A stretch of 63,373 bases of DNA, counting the filler, from Rhizaria sp. SCN 62-66 (Eukaryota): assembly GCA_001724265.1 (NCBI GenBank). It is 10 parts of 10 records of this genome, joined end to end, with 100 filler letters (N's around TTAATTAATTAA, not from the genome) between each part and the next. Parts side by side here need not be neighbours in the genome. Positions count along the whole stretch, not along the records: positions 5,145 to 11,963 come from MEDY01000647.1; positions 12,064 to 17,709 come from MEDY01000648.1; positions 17,810 to 25,443 come from MEDY01000649.1; 7 more parts are not named here. One strand, given 5' to 3'. This document shows, in pieces, positions 11,954 to 24,207 of the stretch. The position numbers and the translations under genes were made by a program. Each line of letters starts with the position of its first letter. The stretch's first letter is position 1. The notes under the pieces were generated by a model. It was not told where the DNA came from. It worked only from the letters and a program-made list of their open reading frames with translations, and ran no database searches.

Positions 11954-12998
11954 TCTTCTTTTTNNNNNNNNNNNNNNNNNNNNNNNNNNNNNNNNNNNNN
12001 NNNNNNNTTAATTAATTAANNNNNNNNNNNNNNNNNNNNNNNNNNNNNNNNNNNNNNNNNNNNCTTCTTACGTGTTGCCTCCGCATCCCCAGTCTTTATC
12101 AGCTCCTCAAAGATAGCAACTTTGAGCCACCAGACCATGTAGGAACCTCTGCGGACCGGGACTCCCGAAGGAGCATCCTTGTGACGGGTACTTAAGTTCA
12201 ACCTTTTGTCCTCTGACATCTAGTCATCAGGTGAAAATGCGATATAGAGAGTTGATGTTTTGACCTGAAGTTTAGAGGGAGGTTTGATGGGGCTAATCTA
12301 CGCGTATACTGCAAGAAACACAATAATAATTTAAAAAACTTGTTTTAAACTACGCATAAATTACAATTCATACAGTTAAATTTACATTGACGGCTATTTC
12401 ATGTGGTAATCCAGTGATGTTTATTGGGGATGGGGAGTCTGGCCGAGTGCCGCCACACCACAAACATGTGGGGGAAGAGGCTCAATCGGCCCACCAATTT
12501 GTGACCCCCCTGTTAAGGTCAGAAACAGACGTTGCCTCAGGACTATGTGAATAGGGGGAATGGAAGGGTCTGCACATATCCGCATATGTGCGGAAACGTT
12601 GCGTCGTGATATTATTCTCCTTCATTTGGATATCGCGTAGAATCTGCGGCTAACTTCCTCGTAAACGTATGAGCCAGCACCACTCACAGTTCGGCCTAAC
12701 TTCTCGTTCGTCGAAAGTCATAGTCCGCACTATCAGAAAAGTGCACGTAGCGGACAATGGCAACGCTAGATTAACAAATGAACGACTTATTTTGTAGACT
12801 TACTAGTTGTTTACGTATTCTTCAACGTCATATCCGACAACTACGCTCATTCCTTCCTGCTTCCCTTTTTATTCTTAAACTTTCCAGAAGGTTCCTTGAC
12901 GCCGGTTTTGCCACAATGTTACGCTCAAAGCTGCTATCCGCTGTGCTGCAGTCGTCTGCTAGCAAAGGGCTAGTACGTGGCCTTGCCGCACACATGCC

Positions 12999-15900
12999 AT
13001 GCACATTCCGAGCCCCCATTTCGGCTCGGTCGACACCCACCGTCGGGCGTCTGCCGTCGCCGTCGACGATTCTTCCGCTCCAAGCCTTCCTCTCCTCACC
13101 TCCAAGTCCCTTCCCATGGCAGACCTCCTTACTTCCTCGACGGTCCTTCCCGCGCTGGCTCGGTCCGCTGGGAATGATGAGTTTTCGGCCGACGCTGTCG
13201 ATGCCTCGGACCTCACTCCAGGCAACTTCGTGCTCGGATCTGTTCGTCCAGCCTACGACCGTGAGACGCGGTGCGACGGCAGTCTCACCGCCAACTGCAA
13301 CTGTACGTCCGCGTGCCCCTGCAGCGCTTGCCGCTACTCCCGCACAATCAGCCCTCTCCGCTTTCCCAACGACTACGGCTCTGTTGGCGGCAGCGACAGG
13401 GCGTGGGCCGCGGTGCCGCCCCACCTGCACTGGGCGCGACAGGTGCGGCAGCAACTGGTCCGCTCGCTGGTATGGTCGCAGTCGCAGCAGACACAGACTG
13501 CATTGCCTGTGGTCGGCGCCGTCGCACGGGCGTTCAGCACAGGTAGGGGCGCCGCAGCGGACGAAATAGTGATTACTGGTGCCGCCGCGCAATTAGCCGG
13601 GATTTAGCTTGATATCATGCTCTTTAAAGATGACCTAGCTGAAGCCAACACGACTCTGCGCCAAGTCAGGTCGCAGCGCCGGCGTCTCCCCATGGCTGAA
13701 CGCAAGAACCTTGATCCCGAAGTGGCGGAGGCTGAACTAGCCGTGGCTGTCGCTCAAGCTCAGCTCGATAAGGCTAAGGCTGCGTTGGCGAAGGAAAAGG
13801 CTGAGCAGCAGATGATTGAGCGTAAGGCTGCAATCAAGGAGGCGGAGATGGTGCTGGCTGGTGCTACGGAGGCATCGCGTCATGGTCAGATCGTTTCCGC
13901 CAGGGCACCATACGACGTTGGGTCTCTCTCTTGTGCTGAAGCTGAACAATCTGTGTTGAAAGCTCAAGCCGAGCATCGTGTTGCTCAAGCTGAGTTTAAC
14001 CTGATGTCTGCTGATTTTGAGGTTGAAGTTGCTCGCCTCGATCGCGCGGAGGCTCGTGTAGCGTATCATTTGGCGGAGCAAGCCCAAAAGGCTGTGTCCC
14101 ACCAAGCCAGAGACGATGTCGCACATGCTTCTAAGCTCAATGATGCCGCGTCTAGGTTCGCGACGGCTGAACGCAAAGTCGAGAATGCGATTGCGAACCG
14201 CAATGCCCCATTTCAGGAGTTTCAGGTCGCTTCTCTCGAGCGTGACCTAATGTCAGCTCAAGCTGCGCGCGATAGCCTACAACGGAGGGTGCTCTTCAAT
14301 GATCATCTCGCAAACAAGAAGGCGGCACAGATTCAGCTGGAGCAAGCGGAGATTCATGTCGCAAATGTGGAAAACAAGCTCCGGAGGCATGTGCCTTTCT
14401 TGGGTGACGCGATGACACCGATGGGTAAGGCTGATGCTGCAATCCAAGCCAATTTCGCTGCGTTCCTCGAAGCCCATGCTTCAATGAAGTGGGACGAGGT
14501 TAAGTCTGATTTCTTCCATACTCTCGCCGCTCCAATGCTTCTTGACAAACCCAATACCAAAGCGAGCTTTCCTTTTGGTGGCAAAGGTCACCCGACTACT
14601 CAAAGCCTTTCTTTATTAATGTTGCGCAAGTCACATACTAATTTGTACAATCTTCTGTTGTCTCAGCTGTGCGCACGTAAGGCAAAGTAGTATGGGCTTG
14701 CGAACACATGTTTAGTTCGCGGCCCGCCTGGTACTGGCAAGACTGTGATGCTCAACTTGCTTTGGTACGTTGCACGTTTTGACCTCAGGATGGACGTACT
14801 TTGTCATCATGCAGGCGACGGGGTCTATTTGTACGCGCACAACAGCGACACGGTAATGAAGCTGCAGCCAGACGATGCTAAGGACTGGTTACGCAAGGAG
14901 AACACTGTGTACCTCTTTGATCCTAACGAGGCTAATACTCTGCCTCTTTACCATGAGAGCTATATCGCGACAAGTGTGATTGCAACATCTCCTGATGTAC
15001 GACATTATATGAACATCAGCAAAGGGGTTGGCTCGTATTCCAAAGACGCAAATGTTATTGATCTGTGGTCTTATGCGTGGACGTATGAAGAGATCGACGA
15101 AGGACTTCGCCTCTTGGGCAAGAAGCCTTTGAAGGAGTTACCTGAAGTTGATAAAGTAGTCAAACTGTTTGCTGGGAGCTTTCGTGTCGCCTTGAAAGCT
15201 GAACATGCCAGTGATTTTAAAAACCGTGCATCTGGAGTTTCCACTTTCCTGGGAGCAGAACAAGCTTTGGAGCAAGTGATGAGCAGTGTTGATCAACGCG
15301 TTTTCGACCAGCTGCGGTATGTTAATACTCGGGAGGGTTTAGCTGACAAAATGTATTCAGGTGATGCTAGTTTTTTCAAGCTTTCGCATTACATCGTTAC
15401 GAGCAGGACTGATCCCAAAATGCCAGAACCCAAGACGGCGCTTCCGCAGTGGATCGACAAGTGTAAGGTAGCAACAACTAAGCAGGACATAGAGAAGATG
15501 ACAGCAGAAATGCTTGTTAATGCCAAATATCTCAGTAGTTGTGGCCTTGAATGGACAAGCGATGAGGCTGCGGAGGCTTTCTTTAAGCGCCTTTGCGAGT
15601 TTGGATACTTTAGCCAACTGCTCAATCTTATTTTTGTGCTTCCAGGTAGCACCAAGGGGGGTATCTTTGAGGCTTTGCTGCTTCGGATGGAACATCCGGA
15701 ACCGTATGTACTTCGGGACGCGTCCAACAAAGTTACTCGCCCGCCTATCAATATGTCATACTTGCGCCGCTATCCAGAGAGCCAAAAGCTCCGCAACATC
15801 AATGTGACAACTTTCGAAGGTAACGACGCACCATATCTGCTTGTTGCAGACTCACTGCACAACCTTCAATCCTCTTCTGGTGATGTACGTGAGGACGCAG

Positions 15901-16418
15901 ATCCTGCTGCCCTTGCGCGTTTAACCTGGCGTCTTGATGCATTGTCCCAAAATCATCCTGACTTTGATTCATACTTGATTGATCATCCCCATGGGTTTAT
16001 CAAGAACACTAGCCCTGGTGAGAAAATCAAGAAGCCCCGCCTCGTTCTATTCCAATTCACAATCGGCAAGGAGCATTCTTTTTTCCCTGGGCGCGTTTTC
16101 CGAAAGGTTCAAGAGTTCAAGCGCTCGTTGGGGAAGACACTGGGATTGCCAAAGGGCGACGAGATCGACGTCGATATTGTTTTCATGTCGACACATGCAT
16201 ACGTTAAGCTCGAAGTTTCAAAAAGGGAGAAGGTTTTGACGGAGTAGCAAATCAACAAAGGTGTGGAGGGTGTGACACAGGATGACATTGAAAAAGGAAT
16301 GAAGCTGCCTCTGTACTTCATTCATTTGGACGGAACTAAAGGAGTTGCAACGGATGCTAAAAAAGTTGCAACGAATACGAATAATGAGCAAGCCATTGCG
16401 TCAAGTATTTCTCGGTAA
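12999..16418 (+). CDS. Crinkler/RHS-type protein: coiled coil + P-loop NTPase + PD-(D/E)xK-like nuclease; start uncertain; three internal TAG codons
   Basis: ORFs 12999-13607, 13617-14690 and 14745-16247 are all in one frame, separated by TAG. Reading through TAG 14688 gives LMLRKSHTNLY...CLVRGPPGTGKT (Walker A). The C-terminal NHPDFD...LFQFTIGKEH resembles CR-REase motifs. The frame continues past TAG 16245 to TAA at 16416-16418. Confidence 0.7.
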
Positions 16419-19400
16419 TCACCTGCATGCTTTTATCGAACGTTATTAATGTCATGTTTGCAACGACAATTATTATTAATAATACAAGAACCAACAACAA
16501 GACCTAATTTCCAATTAGTACGGTCGATTGTACAGATAATGGTCGAATATTCAGAGATAATGGTGGATTTTTGTATTTTCAGACTTAAAAATGTCGATCT
16601 CAATCAAACGATTATAATTAATTATGAAACTATTTTTATTTATACATGTATCGCAGAAACCTCGGTATATACACTTTTGGTGAATATAAAACTGTCTTTT
16701 GATTGTGTCGCTTTTGAAATGTGAATTTCTGTATTTAAGGGTTACTCAAAGAATGGCCTTTGAGTTCGGAAAGCTGTGACAGAGAACCAAGACACACAGT
16801 GGCTTCAAGTCTTCGTCAAAACATAGCAAAAGTGCTCCGTACTATCAGCCGCAGAGTTTACAGTAACAGGCTGACCGTCGTAGCGAATCTTGGGCACCAT
16901 ATCAATGCGCAACACAAGTGCGCATGTTGCGGCATGACACACAATACCAAACAGTTATCTATTCACATGTGATATAACCGTTCAATACCCTACACATTTG
17001 AACGAAAAAAGCTATGGGCAACACACAAAGCCGTTAAAATTCCATTAAGGGGCTCCATGTAGATAAACAGGGCGTTGTGTAGATGTTCGATACAAGCGAA
17101 TGACAATCTACATTATGATGAATGAAAGATAAAATTATAATTTTACGATCGAATCCGCTTGATCATTTGCACGCGTGATAATGGATAATACCGTTATCAT
17201 GCGGTTGTTTTTGGGGGCTGTTCCTGTTGCTGTTCTGTGTGTTGGTCATCAAAATATGTTTGTTTTTGCGCGGTTAGAGACGCCCCGTTTTTTTCTGTTT
17301 TTTTTTTCTTTTTTATTCACCAATTGATAGCCATACATTAGTTATGTTTGCAAATGAACATATTTGATACCAAGACACAACATAAAGTAGCAATATCTGC
17401 TCAACTCACGTGAGATGAGCTTTCGCTAGCTTGTTGCTGGTGTTTCAAAATAATTAGGTCGAAGTGTGTCGCTTCCAGCATGAAATAATCGTCAATCGAT
17501 TTGTCCCAATATGTTTTAACAGAAACATAAACCTATACATGTATTGTGTTTGATTAATTCTACGTTGAAACTCATTGTATTTGTCCTGGAGTCGTTCGAG
17601 TGGTCACCGGAACTCTTGGAAAGTACAAACTTAATTTTTATTTCCCTTCAATACAGTCTTCGATATACAGCATAATTGAGCATATTCCTTGGTATCCTTA
17701 CATATAAACNNNNNNNNNNNNNNNNNNNNNNNNNNNNNNNNNNNNNNNNNNNNTTAATTAATTAANNNNNNNNNNNNNNNNNNNNNNNNNNNNNNNNNNN
17801 NNNNNNNNNTCGAATTATATGTATTTAAATGCTTATCATTTACACAAGAAACACCACTTTTGAACACAGAAACACCACCTTTGGACACAGCGAGGGGAAT
17901 ACACCGTTTGGCCGTCTTCGTCACCGTCTCACATGCTTTTTTATGTAAAATGTCGTGCGTCACAAATCCTTCTGTGTGTGTTCACAGAAAACACCACCCT
18001 AATTAAGGGAGCTTGGGAGGTCGTTGGGTGCCGTTTCTCTGTGGATTTCCTGTGAGAGAGTCCCTTTATGTAAAATCTCGCGCGTAACAGTTTTGTGGGT
18101 CAAAATTGTGATGTCAAACAAACAAGTACATACAATCAGCTTCACAAGTCGCATTTAAGTTGATTGAATCATTAACGGTAATATACCTCCCAGAGTAGTG
18201 TTGTCACGCACTTTAACGTGACGGCAGCGTACTTGCGGCTGCTGTTCAGCAAGGGCATATCGGTTGCTGTTAAAGACCTTAAAATACCGGACACTCGCAA
18301 TTTCATCAACAGCCGCACACACCGCTGCATTAGCGACAGTGCAGCAGCGGGCGGCGCACCATGGACCGACAGCGGGGGGAGCGAGAGCGCAGACAGCAAT
18401 CATGCGCCGGGCCTCGTTATCCGCGCAGTTATCAACCCGGGTGTCGCTGGGGGCAAGCAACGCGAAAATTCGTGTTGCTCAAGTTCCGCCGCAACGTAAG
18501 CGTTAAAAGCCTTCGTCCAGCCGTCCGCAAAACACGGGGCAAAGCGCGTAACGTCATTCCCAGCCTAGATGAGCTCAAGGCGGTACTGGAGCGTATTATC
18601 GGTAAAGATCTTGCTACAGTCGGGGGATGCTTGAATGATCAACAATTTGCGCATTACGGGGCTACTTTGGCTGCCACCGAGAGTGCGACTCGCGGCCATC
18701 AACGTCGAAAACCTCCCGGCGCAAAGAGTTGTCGTGGTAGTGTCTGACAAAGCGACTCGCTAGCACGTTCTAGCCCCGCGCGCGCTGCTCCCGCGTTGGG
18801 CCAGTCTTAGCGCAGGTAATCAGCCGGCGCAGCAACCGCAGCACTTGCGCCACAGTGTCGCTGCCAACCGTTTGTTGACGCCGTCGCGGGCGAGTTTGAG
18901 GCTCTTGGTCATGACCAAGAGTAAAAAGCATGGTCCGAAGTGACACGCTGCAATACACGAACAGAAACACACGATAGATAGACATATGAAAAACACCGAA
19001 CTAAAAGAAAGATAGGAAACCAGATCAAAAATACCATATTAACGTATTTTTCCTGAACTGATGATTTATATGCTAGACTTTACGATCACATGGAAGCCAG
19101 ACGACGCGTCGCAGCTGTTGCGACAGTGTCTTCTGCGACAACAATCGAAGTACTAAAACAACACGAAGCATGTGGCTAGCAACGCATATATGCAATCTAA
19201 CCCAAAACACACGAAGGGCGCAACATAGTGCGCTCAAGCCCTGTCTGAGGAGTCTGAAATGACCAGGAGCACATGGAGAACTGAGACTTTGCACACATTC
19301 AAGACTATGTACAGTACTAATTGAGGCCTTCACGATTAAAAAATAAAGAGTATCAAATTTCATTTACTCCGCCATATATGTGGCGGATTATTCAACTTAA

Positions 19401-22400
19401 AGTCGTCATTAGTGTTGCGCTAGACCCTGTTTACCTCCTAGAGAATCCTTGTTGAGTTGGACTACGCGCGCCGCGACCCCCTTCGGCGGTCACACTGTGC
19501 GCGCGGCAGCGCGCTCTGTAACCAAGTTTATGTTTGTATTTTGCGTCGATGGCCGTGCGTACCTTGCATTTCGTGCTCTGATGCGCGTGTTGGCGCGCGT
19601 GCCGCGCTGCCAGTCGGTGGCGCACGACCTGTGCGTAGCTTCCGCGCGCCGCCGTCGGCCCCCTTCGCGCCGCGCCGTTCTTCCCCACCCCCGTAACACT
19701 CTCGCGCCGACTTTGCGCTATTTTTATTATCCATCTCTCTCTCTCTCTCAGTGCGGCCGCCGCCGGCGCCCTCGCACTTTGTCACTGCTGACACTACACT
19801 GAGCGCACCTCTGCTTCTCTGTTTGTCTCTTTCCTATGACGTGCTGCTCATGTCGCTCTCAGCACGCGCTCTGCTTCCCTTTATTACGCGTTTCATTTCT
19901 GCGCCGCGCGCGTGTTTGACTTTTGCGTTTGTGTTTGCGTCTCCGCCGTCGGACCCCGCCCCGGGTCGGTACAATGGCGGTCACGGTCCCGCATCCGTGA
20001 CTTAGTCCTATAATGAGTGCCGACGAGGCGGGTGCGGCTTTGCCGCGCTCGCTTCGGGCGTGGTGTGTTTCCAGTTCTGTAAATCCCTGTTAGGTCTTTT
20101 TGACTGTCCGGCTTTTTCCTCCTCTCTTCGTCCTCAAGTCGGCCGGGGCTGGACTTGTAGAAGCGGCACTTAGTTCGTTTTTTTGCGCCGTCTTCTTATT
20201 CATAACTGAATACGTTACTGCCTTAACAGTTCAAAAGGTGACAAACTTGCTGAAACGTACCGCCTCATAATGTCCTCATTAAGTAAGCTTCTAAAGTTGG
20301 CGTCCTTTTGATCGACACTCACCAGTATAATATGTCATCTGCTCGCCCTTCCGGCTCTCAGGTATGCAAGCATGTTTCAATTATCATTCTGTGTAATAGA
20401 AATCATTCTTTTTGATCGACACTCACAAGTATATTATCTGCTCGCTCCTCCGGCTATCAGCCCCTTGCCTCTACCCTCATTTTGACCAATGGTGACTGAC
20501 TATTTGGTCCCGTCTTAATTGGCAACGCTCGGTCTGCGGACCGGGAAACCGCGCCCAAATCGAGGCGCGCTCGCACCCGAAATCTTCATGAACATGATTG
20601 AATAGGGCGCAGATATCTGTGATTTTTCCGTCAATTGACACTAAAACTGCATTATTTTAGTAATGTTTGAAAATATAATATCTTTATAATTTTCTTTACG
20701 TATATGTTTAACCCTGTCATCCAGCGCTCCGAGAAAGTGGTGGTCAGTTCACAGGAAGTGCAGGCGCCGTCGGCGCCAGCGGCGTGAGATGATCATCATA
20801 ATGGATGTACGGTGCACTGGAAGGTCAAAGCCTATGTGCAAAACGTGGCAACAACCGGCTTTTGCGTGCTTGTAAGCGCATTTATGCCTAAAATCTGGGT
20901 GGCAGGCAAGTGGACCATTGGACACCAACGTAATCATTTGTCATCGGAACAAATATCATGCTTCGTAGTTTCAACTTCTGGCATTATGTGTATATTGTGT
21001 TTAATGTGAGTTAAGATTGAATATGTGTTCTTGGGTTAGCGATTTGACATTAGTAAGATGGTGAAATCGTTATCAGTAGCGGGCGCCACGAGGCGCTGTT
21101 TCACGATTCTCTCACCGGGCACCAAGGTTCTGATCAGGGCCATTTCACAAATCAATTAAAAATACGTGTTCTATTAATGTCATCACATTTCGTCCAGTAG
21201 ATCTCATATTTTCACTCACAAGTACTAATACTGTGATTTTCGGCTCGTTTTAAATCCGTGTTTTGACACCAGCCACCACTGCCTCTTTGGCCCACCTCGG
21301 GTCATTGTGGCCGGCGCTGGCGTCATATGATTGACTTTCGTCACAAAATTCTGTGTTTAAGCACAAGCTGAGACAATAATTGATTTTTCACTATTTATTG
21401 ATCAAATGGTGTGCTTACCTGCTCTATCGTCCCAGACTGAGCATACTGCGCTTCGCAGCCTCATGAAGCCTTGCAGCCACCGCGTCCAAAACATCAAGGA
21501 CGACGCGGCAACGCGCGATATTGCAGTGGTAACGCAAGATCAGTGCGTGTTAATTACAACGCGCAGTACTTTTGGTCTTCAAGAGCTCGGCATTGTCTTC
21601 ACCAGACCCGAGCCATCGGTCGGCCCCAGTAACAGGTTTGGCCAGGGGCTGGCGTCACCACCCAGAGCAATGCTGACGGCCTCGCGAATCACTTTGACAG
21701 TGAAACATTGATATTTATTGCCAGTAATCCTCCAGGTGTTGGTATGATTGCTTTGTTTCGCAATATCAGCGCTCAAGGCATCGATGCCCAGTCAACTGCG
21801 GTCTGTTACACCGGCGTTAGGTGGTTTTTACTTGTATCACCGACTATAGATGACACGAGTAAACAATTGTGTATGTATTTAATATTGATAATGAATAATA
21901 AGCTGTTTTATCGACTTTAGTTGATCGATCACCTTACTTTATGCAACCAGCAGCTCCAACCCAGTCTCAGACAAGGAGGTTACGGTCAGTAAGCTCAGAT
22001 CATCGTCATTCTTGTGACTTATGTTGACATATGTGCAAGTTCCTCGGAAATAATTAACTATCAATAATATGTATGTTATTAATGCGGTTTTAACATTGAT
22101 TTGTACGATCTTGCGTAATATTAGCACATGCATGTTGTGATAATGTCATTTCGCGCCATTGACTGTGGCAGTTACTGGGGCTTCACTAGCCGCGGGCTCA
22201 TCATCATCGCACCTCTAAATCAAAAGTTTGACACTGATGAAAAGGTTAACATGTACTGTGTGCGCAACGCTGGTTTTCTGCGTCTTCTACCATACCTCCG
22301 CTCCGCTATGGGCCCTTTAGCCCGGCCGGCCGTGTCAACCCCTACCCACATCAGCTCATCCTTATGGTCAATATCTCACAATGATGTGAAAAATGTGGTT

Positions 22401-22618
22401 GGGGCTGTTTGATAGCATGATTATGAATAATCAGTGGGATGCATTGCTTAGTACAACCATTCAGACCTCGATTCATCATGAGGGTCACACTCAGACTTGG
22501 CTGGCAAGGGGTGAATCCAGGTCAGAATGCGATTCTGAGTACTACCTTTCAGTGGTGATTTACGTTACTCTGAGAAATCCCCTGATCAGAAGACCACCAA
22601 ATGCTTGGTAGGTCAAAT

Positions 22619-23465
22619 ATGCACAGCTATCAATATATTAACTTTAACAGCAGCGCCACTGTCAACCAAGACTGTGCGGCAAACGTTAGCTCCAATGGCA
22701 CCATCATTGAATGGGTGGTCATGCTGAGGTGCAGATTGTTAGGGCCTCAGCGCCTTTGCTGGGTTTGCCGTTGGGCAATAAGAAGCATTTTGTAGGCTGC
22801 CATGTCGGCGTCGTGGGTGCTACAAAGGAATTCCAGGAGAAGCTGATCGATTTCTTCACGGTTGATGATTACTATAGCCCACAAGCCGTTTGCAATGCGT
22901 TCAACGCTGCGATGGTATCCACATGTGCTGCTGCGACCCCGGTCGTGCTTCCTGCTGACGTGCCTGTGCTGTCAGTGAGCGCCTCGGGTCTGTCGCTAGC
23001 TATGACGACTGCGTTTACGACAGCTGGCTGGCGAGTGGGCTTCAACGACATCAGCTATGCAGTGCTAGGAGCTGGATGGAACACTCGGTCGAACATTCGA
23101 CCGGCTGAACTGCTGCAATATGTGCTAAGCGATGGTGCCACTGGTTTACAAAACTTCTCCACGTTGGGTAGCCTGTATATGAACAAAGAAATCGTTATCA
23201 CCAGCGGCACCATTCCCATTGTCGGTGAGGTCAACAGTGGCAACACCGCAAGCTACAACCTTTGTGTGTTGACCGAGTATGACGTCTCGGCTGTCAACTT
23301 TCGACAGAACGTCGTGGTGATCCCTCAAACTGAGCGTTGGGCAGCCCGCAGGCAGATCTCAGCGTTAAAGTGTATGCACGTGATGCTTTCGGGCAGTTGA
23401 CGCCGCAGAGGATGCTGCCTGGCACGCATTTCTCATTGAAACTTTGTGTTCGCTATTATGAGTAA
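22619..23465 (+). pseudogene. Virophage-type minor capsid (penton) protein with two frameshifts
   Basis: Penton-like motifs VQIVRASAP-LP, YYS...FNAA, QNFST...IVITS-TIPIVGE and VLTEYD. The N-terminus (MHSYQYINF, 22619) and the C-terminus (ADLSVKVYARDAFGQL...FSLKLCVRYYE-TAA) lie in other frames, with shifts near 22710 and 23340. Confidence 0.7.
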
Positions 23466-23485
23466 GCACATAGTTTTCCACACAC

Positions 23486-24093
23486 ATGGGATCTAAAAAT
23501 AGTAAGGCAAGCACGGACAACGACACAACGACATTCGGTTGATGCGTCGTATGAAAAACGATGCCAACTTCCTTACAGACCTGTTGAGTCGACCTAAGTC
23601 TGATGTAACACGCATTGCCAAGGAGGTGATCGTGGCTGACGCCAACAATCTCGTTGCATCATTGGTTAACAAGCGTGACAAGTTAATGGCACAGCGCGAT
23701 AAGTATAACGCTTTGAAGGCGAACCCAAAGAGTGCATATGCAAAGCTACCTTGTGGACAGCGTGGGGCTATAACTAAGAAGATCAATGCAGAGATTTAAA
23801 AAATCAACGCTGAGATTAAAGAGAAGAATGTGTCGCTAGAAGATATCGCCGATGTTGAGAAAGCGAGTGAGGTTGACACCGATGAGATCGGGGAATTCCT
23901 CACAAAGTATTCAGCACCTGCACCCGCTACACCGACATGCGCTCTAGCACCTGCACCATCTATCGCACCTGCCCCAGCCCCTGCACCATCTACACCTCCT
24001 CCTGCCCCAGCCCCTGCACCCACTACCGCATCTGCCATACCTGCAACTCCGCCACCCCGTGTGAATGCCGTTCGAGTTAATCCTGCGATTTAA
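23486..24093 (+). pseudogene. Small disrupted gene between penton and MCP (MGxxxSK start, basic helix, PA-rich tail)
   Basis: MGSKNSK start, a frameshift near 23540, then ORFs 23539-23799 and 23830-24093 in one frame, separated by a TAA inside a KINAEI duplication. Confidence 0.45.
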
Positions 24094-24207
24094 ACTCATG
24101 GTGATGGTGATATGAACAACATCATGGTAGGTGGTAATTGACATATAACAATTACAATTACATTCACATTTTTGTCATAGCTCTATTGACAAAGTGTAAA
24201 CTTTCCC

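Noticed and set aside
12064..12300. Minus-strand partial ORF with further in-frame TAGs at 12220 and 12298
   Set aside because: Short, truncated and without a recognisable family. Too weak to count.
22128..22611. Possible decayed virophage cysteine protease upstream of the penton
   Set aside because: The position fits, but catalytic His/Cys motifs could not be reconstructed convincingly.
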